Positions 21,035-30,998 of a stretch of 64,000 nt of DNA are shown here, in pieces (the stretch's first letter is position 1; every line of letters starts with the position of its first letter). The notes beneath the pieces were generated by a model, which saw nothing but the letters and a program-made list of their open reading frames with translations, did no database searches and was not told the DNA's origin. Origin of the DNA: Burkholderiales bacterium (GTDB taxonomy: Bacteria; Pseudomonadota; Gammaproteobacteria; Burkholderiales; Methylophilaceae); assembly GCA_030827595.1 (NCBI GenBank), contig JAURED010000003.1:29985-93984 (forward strand), written 5' to 3'. The position numbers and the translations under genes are program-made.

Positions 21035-21676
21035 ATGGAAATGAACCCAATTCAATATTTCACTATATCAATAATACCTGTATTGCTTGCAATTACTGTT
21101 CATGAAGCTGCTCATGGATACGCTGCTAAACATTTTGGCGATAAAACTGCATTTTTTTTAGGGAGGATCACATTAAACCCCCTAAAGCATATAGATCCAA
21201 TTGGAACCATTTTAATCCCTGGGGCATTGTTGTTATTGAGTGCACCATTTTTATTTGGCTGGGCTAAACCAGTTCCAGTAAATTTTTCAAATTTAAGAAA
21301 TCCAAAAAAAGATATGATGTGGGTGGCGTTAGCTGGACCAGCTTCAAATTTCTTCATGGCCATAATTTGGGTTATTTTATTAAATTTTACTCAGTCTACC
21401 CAAGTAAATTACTCCCTCTTTATTTCTGGAATGTGTCAAGTGGGAATTATGATTAATTTAGTTTTAATGCTTCTGAATTTACTTCCAATTCCACCACTGG
21501 ATGGAGGTAGGATGGCAGTAAGCCTCTTACCAAACCCATGGTCATATAAGTTAGCTAGCTTAGAGCGTTATGGGATGTTTATTTTATTGTTTATGATCAT
21601 GAGTGGCTTATTAACCGTAATTTTGCTTCCTTTGTTACGTTTTTTTCAAAATTTATTAGTAAGTATTTTTTTATAA
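21035..21676 (+). CDS. Site-2 protease family (M50) membrane metalloprotease
   Basis: HEAAH, AGPASN and NLLPIPPLDGG motifs. Confidence 0.92.
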   Translation: MEMNPIQYFTISIIPVLLAITVHEAAHGYAAKHFGDKTAFFLGRITLNPLKHIDPIGTILIPGALLLLSAPFLFGWAKPVPVNFSNLRNPKKDMMWVALAGPASNFFMAIIWVILLNFTQSTQVNYSLFISGMCQVGIMINLVLMLLNLLPIPPLDGGRMAVSLLPNPWSYKLASLERYGMFILLFMIMSGLLTVILLPLLRFFQNLLVSIFL

Positions 21677-21693
21677 TTTTATGAGTAATAATC

Positions 21694-22893
21694 ATGGCAG
21701 TTGAGCGTATTGTTTCAGGTATGAGGCCAACCGGTAATTTACACCTTGGGCATTATAATGGCGTTTTAAAAAATTGGATTCAGCTTCAACATGAATGTGA
21801 ATGTTTTTTCTTTGTGGCCGATTGGCATGCGCTTACTACACACTATGACTCTCCAGAGGTTATTGAAGAAAATGTATGGGAAATGGTTATCGATTGGCTA
21901 GCAGCTGGAGTTGACCCAGCGCATGCGACTATTTTTATTCAATCAAAAGTCCCTGAGCATGCTGAGCTTCATACTCTACTGAGCATGATAACGCCTTTGG
22001 GCTGGTTGGAAAGAGTTCCAACTTACAAAGATCAGCAAGAAAAGCTAAGTTCAAAAGATTTATCAACTTATGGATTTCTTGGTTATCCACTTTTACAAAG
22101 TGCAGATATTTTAATTTACAAGGCTACCCAAGTTCCAGTTGGTGAGGATCAAGTGCCGCATGTTGAATTTACCCGCGAAGTGGCTCGTCGCTTTAACCAC
22201 TTGTATGGAAAAGAGGCAGGTTATGAAGAAAAAGCACAACTTGCTGTAAAAAAACTTGGATCAAAAAAAAGTAAGCTTTATTACGAACTTAAAGATGCAT
22301 ATCAAGAAGAGGGAGATGAGCAGGCATTAGAAGCTGGTCAAGCACTGATTGACGAACACCAAGGTTTGAGTTTAGGTGATAAGGAAAGGCTACTTGGCTA
22401 TCTTGAAGGCGGTGGAAAAATTATTTTATTAGAACCAGAGTATAAGCTTGCACCAGCTTCCAAAATGATTGGTTTGGATGGTCAAAAAATGTCCAAATCT
22501 TATAACAACACAATTGCTTTAAGAGAAGCAATGGATGCGGTGGATAAAAAAATAAAAACCATGCCGACCGACCCAGCAAGAATCAGAAGAACTGACCCTG
22601 GTGATCCAAATAAATGCCCAGTTTGGCAAATTCATCAAATTTATTCTTCTGAGGAAGTGCAAGATTGGGTGAGAAAAGGTTGTACCTCTGCAGGTATTGG
22701 CTGTATAGAATGCAAACAACCTGTGATTGACTCAATTTCAAAGGAATTAAAACCGATCCAAGAAAGAGCGATTCATTATATTGAAAACCCTGATTTAGTG
22801 AAAAGTGTTGTGGCCGAAGGTTCAGAAAAGGCTGGTAAATTAGCGCGTGAAACGATGCGTGAAGTACGTGAAGCGATGGGTTTGGATTTTTAA
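21694..22893 (+). CDS. trpS: Tryptophanyl-tRNA synthetase, long form with 4-Cys motif
   Basis: SGMRPTGNLHLGHY, YPLLQSADIL, VPVGEDQ, KMSKS. Confidence 0.97.
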   Translation: MAVERIVSGMRPTGNLHLGHYNGVLKNWIQLQHECECFFFVADWHALTTHYDSPEVIEENVWEMVIDWLAAGVDPAHATIFIQSKVPEHAELHTLLSMITPLGWLERVPTYKDQQEKLSSKDLSTYGFLGYPLLQSADILIYKATQVPVGEDQVPHVEFTREVARRFNHLYGKEAGYEEKAQLAVKKLGSKKSKLYYELKDAYQEEGDEQALEAGQALIDEHQGLSLGDKERLLGYLEGGGKIILLEPEYKLAPASKMIGLDGQKMSKSYNNTIALREAMDAVDKKIKTMPTDPARIRRTDPGDPNKCPVWQIHQIYSSEEVQDWVRKGCTSAGIGCIECKQPVIDSISKELKPIQERAIHYIENPDLVKSVVAEGSEKAGKLARETMREVREAMGLDF

Positions 22894-23681
22894 TGGAATT
22901 AGATAATTTAATTAACCCAAATTTGCAGGCTAAAATTCATGGAGAATTAATATCAGAGTTTCCTCAAGATCTTTATATCCCCCCCGATGCGCTTGAAGTT
23001 TATTTAGAGTCATTTGAGGGGCCCTTAGACTTACTTTTATATTTAATTAGAAAAAATAATTTAGATATTTTAAATATCCCAATGTTAAGTCTTACAAATC
23101 AATATATGACATATGTTGAAAAAATGAAAGAAATTAAACTCGAGCTAGCGGCAGATTATCTTTTAATGACAGCCATGTTGATTGAAATTAAATCAAGAAT
23201 GTTGGTACCAAAGCCTGAAACCGAGGAAAGTGAAGAGGACCCACGATCTGAGTTGGTGAAGCGACTGATTGAGTATGAGTTAGTTAAAGAAGCTGCAATG
23301 AATTTAAATACTATTCCTCAGCTTGGACATGATCGATTAGCTCCTGAAGTGTATTATGAAAAATTAATTCAAGATCAATTTCCAGATGTAGAAGTTTTAG
23401 ATTTGTTTGATGCTTGGAGGAATGTTTTAAAAAGAGTCAATCAACTTGCCCATCATAAAATAGATCGATCAGAATTGTCAGTTAGAGAACATATGAGTGA
23501 AATTTTAAGAAAATTTGATGATCATGAAAAAATAGATTTTGATGATTTATTTTTAAAAGATAGAAAGCCTTTGCAAAAAATGGTCGTCTGTTTTTTAGCA
23601 ATCTTGGAGTTAGCAAAAGAAGCATTAGTAAAAATTCATCAGCAATCCAGTTGTTCAAAGATATATTTAATGAGAGCCTAA
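22893..23681 (+). CDS. scpA: Segregation and condensation protein A
   Basis: FEGPLDLLLYLI, IKSRML, FLAILEL. Confidence 0.95.
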   Translation: MELDNLINPNLQAKIHGELISEFPQDLYIPPDALEVYLESFEGPLDLLLYLIRKNNLDILNIPMLSLTNQYMTYVEKMKEIKLELAADYLLMTAMLIEIKSRMLVPKPETEESEEDPRSELVKRLIEYELVKEAAMNLNTIPQLGHDRLAPEVYYEKLIQDQFPDVEVLDLFDAWRNVLKRVNQLAHHKIDRSELSVREHMSEILRKFDDHEKIDFDDLFLKDRKPLQKMVVCFLAILELAKEALVKIHQQSSCSKIYLMRA

Positions 23682-23682
23682 A

Positions 23683-24297
23683 ATGGATATAGATATAAAA
23701 CTAAAAGATGTGATTGAGGTTGCACTTTTAACATCTCATAAGCCACTATCTGTTGATGATCTTCAAAAATTATTTACTGAAAAAATTGACCGATCTACCA
23801 TAAGAATGCTGATTGATGAGTTAAAGGTTGAGTGGAATGAAAAAACATTAAATTTAATTGAAGTTGCTTCGGGATATCGATTTGAAGCTAAAGCGGAATA
23901 TGTAGAAAGTCTGATGAGAATGAATCCTGACCGAGCTCCAAAATACTCAAGAGCTGTTCTTGAAGTTTTGGCTATTATTGCCTATAGACAGCCGGTGACT
24001 CGCGGTGATATTGAATCTATTCGAGGTGTTGCGTTAAATCCCAATGCAATACGGCAGCTTACAGAGCGTGAATGGATTGATATTGTTGGTATAAAAGAAA
24101 CTCCTGGAAGACCTGCCTTGTATGGAACAACAAAACATTTTTTAAACGATTTTGGATTAAAAAGTCTAGCAGAATTACCTGATGTTGAAAAATTTGAGGA
24201 ACAACTTAATTTAGATTTAATTCAAAGAGAAAAAAATTTAACAGCTGAAGATATCAAAAATAATGATGACATGGAATCAGCAAATGAAGAAGAGTAG
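23683..24297 (+). CDS. scpB: Segregation and condensation protein B
   Basis: EVLAIIAYRQPVTRGDIESIRGV, PGRPALYGTT..FL. Confidence 0.95.
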   Translation: MDIDIKLKDVIEVALLTSHKPLSVDDLQKLFTEKIDRSTIRMLIDELKVEWNEKTLNLIEVASGYRFEAKAEYVESLMRMNPDRAPKYSRAVLEVLAIIAYRQPVTRGDIESIRGVALNPNAIRQLTEREWIDIVGIKETPGRPALYGTTKHFLNDFGLKSLAELPDVEKFEEQLNLDLIQREKNLTAEDIKNNDDMESANEEE

Positions 24298-25057
24298 TTC
24301 ATTCCCTGAGCCGGTAAAAAAAAAAGAGAGGGTTCAGAAAGTTTTAGCAAATCTTGGCGTGGGTTCAAGAAGGTCAATTGAAGAGCTAATCCGCCAAAGT
24401 AAAATTACGATTAATCAAAAGACGGCAGAGCTAGGACAGTTAATTTATGGAGATGAGGTTATCCATATTAATGGCCGAAGAATTCATATAAAAAAAAGGG
24501 ATGTTTTCGAGACACGCTTAATTATTTACCATAAACCTGAAGGTGAAATTGTTTCTCACTCCGACCCTAAACATCAATTAAATGTATTTCAAAATTTACC
24601 TAAAATAAAAAATGGAAAATGGATATCTATTGGGCGATTAGATATTAATACCTCTGGGCTTTTGTTAATAACAAATGACGGAAATCTTGCAAATCATATG
24701 ATGCATCCAAGTAAGCAAATTGATCGAGAGTATTCTGTAAGAATTTTGGGTGAAGTTACAGAAAAGATTATTAATAATATTAAAGCGGGGATTAAGTTAG
24801 AAGATGGGATAGCACATGTAGATGAATTTGAACATGCTGGTGGCGAGGGTGCTAACCAATGGTATAAAATGATTTTAAGGGAAGGTAAAAATAGAGAAAT
24901 TCGAAGAATTATAGAGTCTCAAAACTTACAAGTTAGTCGATTGATTAGAACTCGATACGGGCCAATTCAATTACCAACATATTTAAAAAGAGGAAAATTT
25001 AAGGAGCTAGAAAAAAAAGATATTGATAAAATTATGAAATCTTTAGCGATCAGTTAA
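24263..25057 (+). CDS. rluB: 23S rRNA pseudouridine synthase B
   Basis: S4 domain ERVQKVLA...SRR, GRLDINTSGLL, EGKNREIRR; follows scpAB. Confidence 0.9.
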   Translation: MMTWNQQMKKSSSFPEPVKKKERVQKVLANLGVGSRRSIEELIRQSKITINQKTAELGQLIYGDEVIHINGRRIHIKKRDVFETRLIIYHKPEGEIVSHSDPKHQLNVFQNLPKIKNGKWISIGRLDINTSGLLLITNDGNLANHMMHPSKQIDREYSVRILGEVTEKIINNIKAGIKLEDGIAHVDEFEHAGGEGANQWYKMILREGKNREIRRIIESQNLQVSRLIRTRYGPIQLPTYLKRGKFKELEKKDIDKIMKSLAIS

Positions 25058-25917
25058 GGAAGGTCATTCTTTTCAAGCATAAATATATAATCAGAACCCG
25101 ATTCAGTATCCACCCACCAAAGATTCAGGTCTCTAAATACTTCATCAACAACATCGCGATTGTGACCAATTTCAATAAAAATTTTCCCATTGTCATTTAA
25201 ATAATTTTTTGCATTTTTTATGATTATTCGAGTCAAGTCCAAACCATCTTCACCACTTGCCAAAGCAAGCTGAGGCTCCTTTTGATATTCTGATGGCAAT
25301 TTAGTCATTGCATTTGCATTTACATAAGGAGGATTGGTTACAATCAAATCATATTTCTTTTGACAATGCTCAAACAAATTTGATTGAATAGCAGCCACTC
25401 TTTTTTGAAGATTATGTTTTTCGATATTAATCCTCGCAACCTCAAGAGCGTGTTGGGATATATCAATTAAATCAACATCAAGGTGAGGGTATGATTTTGC
25501 AAGTAAAATCCCTAAACAACCTGAACCACAGCACAGATCAAGAACACTGTTAATATTATGAATAGATTCAATCCATGGATAAAAATCATCTTCAATTAAA
25601 TCAGCAATTAAAGATCGTGGAATTAAAGCTCGTTCATCAATATAGAACTCAACATCTTTTAACCAAGCCTCATTGAGCAAATAAGCTAGAGGCATTCTCT
25701 GTTCAATTCTCATGGTTTTAATCAGATTTATCTTATTAGCATCTTCATTAGATACTGTATTATTTAGATGTTTATTTATATCCTTAAATTTAATTTTTAG
25801 AACTGAGCTTACCAACCAAACAGCTTCATCTATGGCAGATAATGCTCCGTGGCCAAAAAAAATATCAGAATTATCAAACTCATCTGTAATTTTTTCAATG
25901 ATTTCATTTAGTATCAA
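25054..25917 (-). CDS. prmB: Ribosomal protein L3 glutamine methyltransferase
   Basis: FFGHG..DEA.WL, PLAYL, RALIPRSLIA, DLCCGSGC, NPPY; downstream of dapE. Confidence 0.92.
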   Translation of the reverse strand: MILNEIIEKITDEFDNSDIFFGHGALSAIDEAVWLVSSVLKIKFKDINKHLNNTVSNEDANKINLIKTMRIEQRMPLAYLLNEAWLKDVEFYIDERALIPRSLIADLIEDDFYPWIESIHNINSVLDLCCGSGCLGILLAKSYPHLDVDLIDISQHALEVARINIEKHNLQKRVAAIQSNLFEHCQKKYDLIVTNPPYVNANAMTKLPSEYQKEPQLALASGEDGLDLTRIIIKNAKNYLNDNGKIFIEIGHNRDVVDEVFRDLNLWWVDTESGSDYIFMLEKNDLP

Positions 25918-25922
25918 ATGAT

Positions 25923-27053
25923 TTAATTTTCTAAAATTTTAACTAAAGTAAGTTTATAAATATTTTTTAATTTTTCGATATCAGCAATCTTGATATGTTC
26001 ATTAATTTTATGGATTGATGCATTGATCGGGCCAAATTCAACAACTTGACTACATATTTTTGATATAAATCTTCCATCTGAAGTTCCTCCAGTGGTAGAT
26101 ATTTCAGGAATCATATTCGTTACATTTTTTATTGCATCTGCTAATACACTGGTTAATTTTCCTCGTTCAGTCAAATAAGGTTCACTTGGGATATCCCAAA
26201 TTAATTCATATTCTTCAGCGTGTTTTTTTACAATATTTTCGACATCATTTTTTAATTGATCTGGTGTGCATTCAGTCGAATGCCGGAAATTAAATTTTAT
26301 AGAAACATTTCCAGGAACAACATTAGTGGCTCCAGTTCCACCGTTAATATTAGACACTTGCCATGATGTTTTCGGAAAATATTCATTACCTTCATCCCAA
26401 GAGATTTTTTTTAATTCATCAATGATGGAAGATGCTCGATGAATCGGATTATCAATTAAGTGTGGATATGCAATATGGCCTTGAATGCCTTTTACAATTA
26501 GGGTCGCTGATAATGACCCTCTTCTTCCATTCTTGATAGTATCCCCAAAAATTTTTGCACTTGTCGGCTCTCCAACAATACAGAAGTCAACTTGTTGTTT
26601 GTCATGAATAAATCGTTCGACAATTTTTTTTGTTCCATCGGTAGCAACCCCTTCTTCATCTGAGGTAATAAAAAGTCCAATTGATCCAAAATGATTTGGA
26701 TATTCCTCTAGAAATTCTTGAATTGCTACTATAAACGCTGCTAATGATGTTTTCATATCAGCAGCACCACGGCCGAATAAATTACCTTCTCTTTCAGTCG
26801 GAATAAAGGGATCTGATGACCACTGGTTTATTGGACCTGGCGGGACAACGTCTGTATGGCCAGCAAAGACTAATAAAGGTGATGAGGAGCCATGTTTTGC
26901 ATATAAATTTGAAACACCATTACTATCAAATCTTTCAAATTTGAAATTATATGATGCAAGTTCAGATTCAATTAAATCGATACACCCATAATCATTCGGT
27001 GTAATTGATTCGATACTAATTAGTTTTTTTGCAATCTCTAGAGTTTTAGACAT
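25923..27053 (-). CDS. dapE: Succinyl-diaminopimelate desuccinylase
   Basis: AGHTDVVP, GRGAADMK, SDEEG, GHIAYPH, GGTSDGRF. Confidence 0.95.
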   Translation of the reverse strand: MSKTLEIAKKLISIESITPNDYGCIDLIESELASYNFKFERFDSNGVSNLYAKHGSSSPLLVFAGHTDVVPPGPINQWSSDPFIPTEREGNLFGRGAADMKTSLAAFIVAIQEFLEEYPNHFGSIGLFITSDEEGVATDGTKKIVERFIHDKQQVDFCIVGEPTSAKIFGDTIKNGRRGSLSATLIVKGIQGHIAYPHLIDNPIHRASSIIDELKKISWDEGNEYFPKTSWQVSNINGGTGATNVVPGNVSIKFNFRHSTECTPDQLKNDVENIVKKHAEEYELIWDIPSEPYLTERGKLTSVLADAIKNVTNMIPEISTTGGTSDGRFISKICSQVVEFGPINASIHKINEHIKIADIEKLKNIYKLTLVKILEN

Positions 27054-27408
27054 GAAATTCTTTCATATATAAACTTTCATCATAACCTAGAATTTTTACA
27101 TTATTATCTTTTGTTAACACGGGACGTTTCATTACAGAAGGGTATTGAAGAATTAAATTGATAATTCCATCTTTGGATTTTATGTATTCTTTTAGGTCTG
27201 GACTTAATTTTCTCCAAGTTAACCCTTTTTGATTTACAAAAGAAAGTGGAATTAAACCCTCTGGAAGATTATTAAACCAACAACTTAAGTCTTCTTTCGA
27301 TATGTTTTTTTTTACATCAACAAAACTGTATTCAATTAAATTTTCATCAAGCCAGTTCAATGCTTTTTTTACAGTGCTACAGTTTTTTATACCAAAGAGT
27401 TTAACCAA
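27046..27408 (-). CDS. ArsC/Spx-family protein (YffB-like)
   Basis: LFGIKNCSTVKKA..WL, N.KG.TWRKL, KRPVL; lies between dapD and dapE. Confidence 0.85.
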   Translation of the reverse strand: MVKLFGIKNCSTVKKALNWLDENLIEYSFVDVKKNISKEDLSCWFNNLPEGLIPLSFVNQKGLTWRKLSPDLKEYIKSKDGIINLILQYPSVMKRPVLTKDNNVKILGYDESLYMKEFHV

Positions 27409-27411
27409 ACT

Positions 27412-28239
27412 TTAAATACCCCTTAAAAGTTCGTTAATCCCGACTTTGCCAAGTGTTTTTTCATCAACTTTTTTTACAATAACTGCACAATAAAGACTGT
27501 ATGTTCCGTCTTTTGATGGTAGATTTCCTGAGACAACAACTGAGCCTTTTGGTATTCGGCCATAACTTACTTCACCTGTTTCACGGTCAAAAATCTTGGT
27601 TGATTGGCCAATATAAACTCCCATAGAAATTACTACATTGTCTTCAACAATGACACCCTCTACAACCTCACTGCGAGCGCCGATAAAACAATTATCACCA
27701 ATAATTGTTGGACCAGCTTGAATAGGTTCAAGAACCCCACCAATACCAACACCACCAGATAAATGAACATTTTTACCAATTTGAGCACACGAGCCAACGG
27801 TAGCCCAAGTGTCAACCATAGTTCCTTCATCAACATAGGCACCAATATTTACATAGGATGGCATGAGGACAGCATTTTTTCCAATAAAACTACCATGGCG
27901 TGCGATTGCATTTGGAACCACGCGATAGCCACCGCTTTTAAATTCATTTTCTGTAAAATTTCTGAACTTTGAGTCTACTTTATCAAAAAACTTGGTAGAG
28001 CCACCTTCCATAATTTCATTATCTTTTAATCTGAAAGACAATAAAACTGCCTTTTTGATCCATTGGTGTGTTTCCCAATCTTGACTTTCTCCGACTCGAG
28101 TAGCTACACGAAGCTCTCCAGTATTTAGTTTTTGTAAAACCTCAGCTACTGCTTCACGAATATTTTGTGGGGCGTTCGATGGATTAATTTCAGCTCTGTT
28201 TTCAAAGCCTTGTTCGATAATTTCTTGTAAAGTACTCAT
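27412..28239 (-). CDS. dapD: Tetrahydrodipicolinate N-succinyltransferase
   Basis: [38 protein letters not shown]. Confidence 0.97.
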   Translation of the reverse strand: MSTLQEIIEQGFENRAEINPSNAPQNIREAVAEVLQKLNTGELRVATRVGESQDWETHQWIKKAVLLSFRLKDNEIMEGGSTKFFDKVDSKFRNFTENEFKSGGYRVVPNAIARHGSFIGKNAVLMPSYVNIGAYVDEGTMVDTWATVGSCAQIGKNVHLSGGVGIGGVLEPIQAGPTIIGDNCFIGARSEVVEGVIVEDNVVISMGVYIGQSTKIFDRETGEVSYGRIPKGSVVVSGNLPSKDGTYSLYCAVIVKKVDEKTLGKVGINELLRGI

Positions 28240-28290
28240 TAATAACCTTGTGTGTAATTTTTAAAAGACTTATTTTACCGAAAAATAAAG

Positions 28291-29118
28291 TTAATTATTG
28301 GTAAAACGAATTTTATTTTCCTCATAGAGGTACATAATTTTCTTTGCCTGTATTTGAAGATCGTCAATTCTACTTTGATTAGAGGGGTGAGTGCTTAAAA
28401 ACTCTGGCGGTTGCATGTCACTGAGTTCATCCATTTTTCTCCACAAACTTACTGCTGCGAGTGGATTATATCCTGCTCTTGCAGCCAGTTCTAAACCAAT
28501 TTTATCTGCTTCTCTTTCTTGTTCACGGCTGTTAGGTAAAGCAAAAAATAACGTAGTACCTAATGCAACTCCTTGAACTGCAAGATTTTTTAATTCACGA
28601 TTATCAGACGAGTCACTGATGTATATGGCAAAACCCAAAATTCCTAGCTGTTGAACTAAAGCCGTGGACATTCTTTCTCTGCCATGCTCTCGAAGGGCAT
28701 GAGCTATCTCATGACCAACAACAGCTGCAATTTCATCATTTGTTTTGGCAGCTTTATCAATCAAGCCTGTAAATACCATAATTTTTCCACCAGGCATGCA
28801 ATAAGCATTTATTTCGTCACTGGTTTGTAAATTTACCTCCCACTTCCAATCTGAGGCGTCTGGACGAAAATATCTTACTTCATCAATTAACCTGTAACTG
28901 ATTTTTCGAACCTCATTTAACAAGTAAACATCTTGATTTAATTGTTTATTTTCTAATGCTTTTTGTTTAGCTTGCTGATAACCCTCATTTGCCATGGACA
29001 ATGCCATAAATTCAGGAAGGATTACAAATTGTTTTCTAGTGACATCCGAATCTGTTTTTAATGTCGTAGAAGTACACGCGCTAATTAAAAAAAGACATAA
29101 TATAAAAATTTTGTGCAT
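28291..29118 (-). CDS. M48 family metalloprotease lipoprotein
   Basis: Lipobox LISAC; NAYCMPGGK, HEIAH, EREAD, STHP. Confidence 0.9.
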   Translation of the reverse strand: MHKIFILCLFLISACTSTTLKTDSDVTRKQFVILPEFMALSMANEGYQQAKQKALENKQLNQDVYLLNEVRKISYRLIDEVRYFRPDASDWKWEVNLQTSDEINAYCMPGGKIMVFTGLIDKAAKTNDEIAAVVGHEIAHALREHGRERMSTALVQQLGILGFAIYISDSSDNRELKNLAVQGVALGTTLFFALPNSREQEREADKIGLELAARAGYNPLAAVSLWRKMDELSDMQPPEFLSTHPSNQSRIDDLQIQAKKIMYLYEENKIRFTNN

Positions 29119-29123
29119 AAAAA

Positions 29124-30998
29124 TTAAAAATTATTTTGACTGCCTAATTCAACAACTCGATTGACTGGTAATTTAAATTGATTTGTAATTTCTTCAGCAC
29201 TGTTGAATAAAAATGAAAATATTCTTTTTCTAACGACTGACATATTTTTATCTTGAGTAATCACAAGGGTTTCTTTACCAATAAAATAAGACGTACTCAT
29301 AGGCTCAAATTTTAAACCTTTTTCTTTGGAGCGAGATAGCTCTCTAGGTATATTTGGTTCATCACTGAATCCATAACTAATGGTTGCACGATAAAAATTA
29401 TTTGGAAGTTTTTCAATTTTTAACAAATCTTTTTGCTTTGCATGAGGAATATCAAGAAACTTTACGGTCAAAATAACCACTTTCTCATGCATCACTTTAT
29501 TATGCTTAAGGTTGTGCAAAAGAGCATGGGGGACCCCCTCTGAATTTGGAGTCATAAAAACTGATGTTCCTTTAACTCGAGCTATTGAATCTCTTTTAAA
29601 GCTTGTAATAAAATCATGGATTAGTATTGACTCCTGTTTAAGTTTTTTGTAAAGCAATCCACGGCCTTTACTCCAGGTGGTCATTAAAATTAATAGGATG
29701 ATACCAATTAAAAGTGGAAACCATCCACCATGGGGGACTTTAATAATATTAGCGCTAAAGAAGACTAAATCTATAATAAGAAAGATAGAGAAAACAAAAA
29801 TTGTTTTTGTCCAATTTTTCCAAATTTCAGCAAATACTATAATTGCAAGTAATGATGCAATGACCATATCTATAGTAATAGCAACACCGTATGCTGATGC
29901 AAGATTTGATGATTTTTGAAAAATTAATACAACCGCAATCACGCCAATCATTAAAAGAAAATTTATTCGAGGCAAATAAATCTGACCCTCTTGATTTTCA
30001 GAGGTATGGTCGACTTTCATTCGAGGAATGAATCCAAGCTGAAGAGCTTGACGGGATACAGAAAAAGCGCCGGTAATACATGCTTGAGAAGCAATAATGG
30101 TTGCCACTGTTGCTAATATAATGAGAGGAATAGTAAACCACTCTGGCGACATTAAATAAAATGGATTTGAAATATTTTCCGCATTATTAAGAATCAATGC
30201 TCCTTGGCCAAAGTAATTAAGTGTTAGGGCTGGAAATACAAAACTAAACCATGTGATTCGAATAGGTGCTCTGCCAAAATGACCCATGTCAGCATAAAGA
30301 GACTCTGCGCCAGTGACACATAGAATAATTGCCCCCATTGTAATAAAAGCTACAGTAAAGTTACTGTGTAAATATTGATAAGCATAAAATGGATTGAGAG
30401 CTTTTAGAACGGAGGGCTCATTAATGATATTAATGACACCTAAAAATGCTAAAGTAGAAAACCAAATTAGCATAACTGGCCCAAATAAGAAGCCTACTGA
30501 AGCTGTTCCTCGACTTTGAAACCAAAATAAAAAAAAGATTATTACTAAAGTTATTGGAATAACAAAATGATGAAACCCTGGAAAAGCAATTTCTATTCCT
30601 TCAACTGCTGACAATACTGAAATTGCCGGCGTGATCATGCCATCGGCATAAAACATACATGCGCCCATAATGCCAATCATAGCGATAAACATTCTTTTGC
30701 GTTTTGTCTTAGCATTCCTGTGTGCTAAGGATAGTAAAGCCATTATTCCACCTTCACCATTATTATTGGCACGCATAATAAAAGTGATATATTTCACAGA
30801 GACTACTGCGATTAAAGACCAAAAAATCATAGACAAAACACCAAGCATATTTTGAATATTTAGTTCTAAAATACCATTGCCTACAGAAAAAATTTCACGA
30901 ATAGAATAAAGTGGACTCGTACCAATATCACCGAACACAACACCAAGAGCCGCAAGTGATAATGCTGCAGTTTGTTTTTTTGTTGGGTTATTATTCAA
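29124..30998 (-). CDS. kup: Potassium uptake protein Kup
   Basis: GVVFGDIGTSPLY, GEGG, TPAISVLSAVEG, YADMGHFG. Confidence 0.96.
   Translation of the reverse strand: MNNNPTKKQTAALSLAALGVVFGDIGTSPLYSIREIFSVGNGILELNIQNMLGVLSMIFWSLIAVVSVKYITFIMRANNNGEGGIMALLSLAHRNAKTKRKRMFIAMIGIMGACMFYADGMITPAISVLSAVEGIEIAFPGFHHFVIPITLVIIFFLFWFQSRGTASVGFLFGPVMLIWFSTLAFLGVINIINEPSVLKALNPFYAYQYLHSNFTVAFITMGAIILCVTGAESLYADMGHFGRAPIRITWFSFVFPALTLNYFGQGALILNNAENISNPFYLMSPEWFTIPLIILATVATIIASQACITGAFSVSRQALQLGFIPRMKVDHTSENQEGQIYLPRINFLLMIGVIAVVLIFQKSSNLASAYGVAITIDMVIASLLAIIVFAEIWKNWTKTIFVFSIFLIIDLVFFSANIIKVPHGGWFPLLIGIILLILMTTWSKGRGLLYKKLKQESILIHDFITSFKRDSIARVKGTSVFMTPNSEGVPHALLHNLKHNKVMHEKVVILTVKFLDIPHAKQKDLLKIEKLPNNFYRATISYGFSDEPNIPRELSRSKEKGLKFEPMSTSYFIGKETLVITQDKNMSVVRKRIFSFLFNSAEEITNQFKLPVNRVVELGSQNNF

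Noticed and set aside
27046-27408. Arsenic resistance locus
   Set aside because: This is the YffB-type ArsC-family gene normally linked to dapE; no arsR, arsB or acr3 is nearby.
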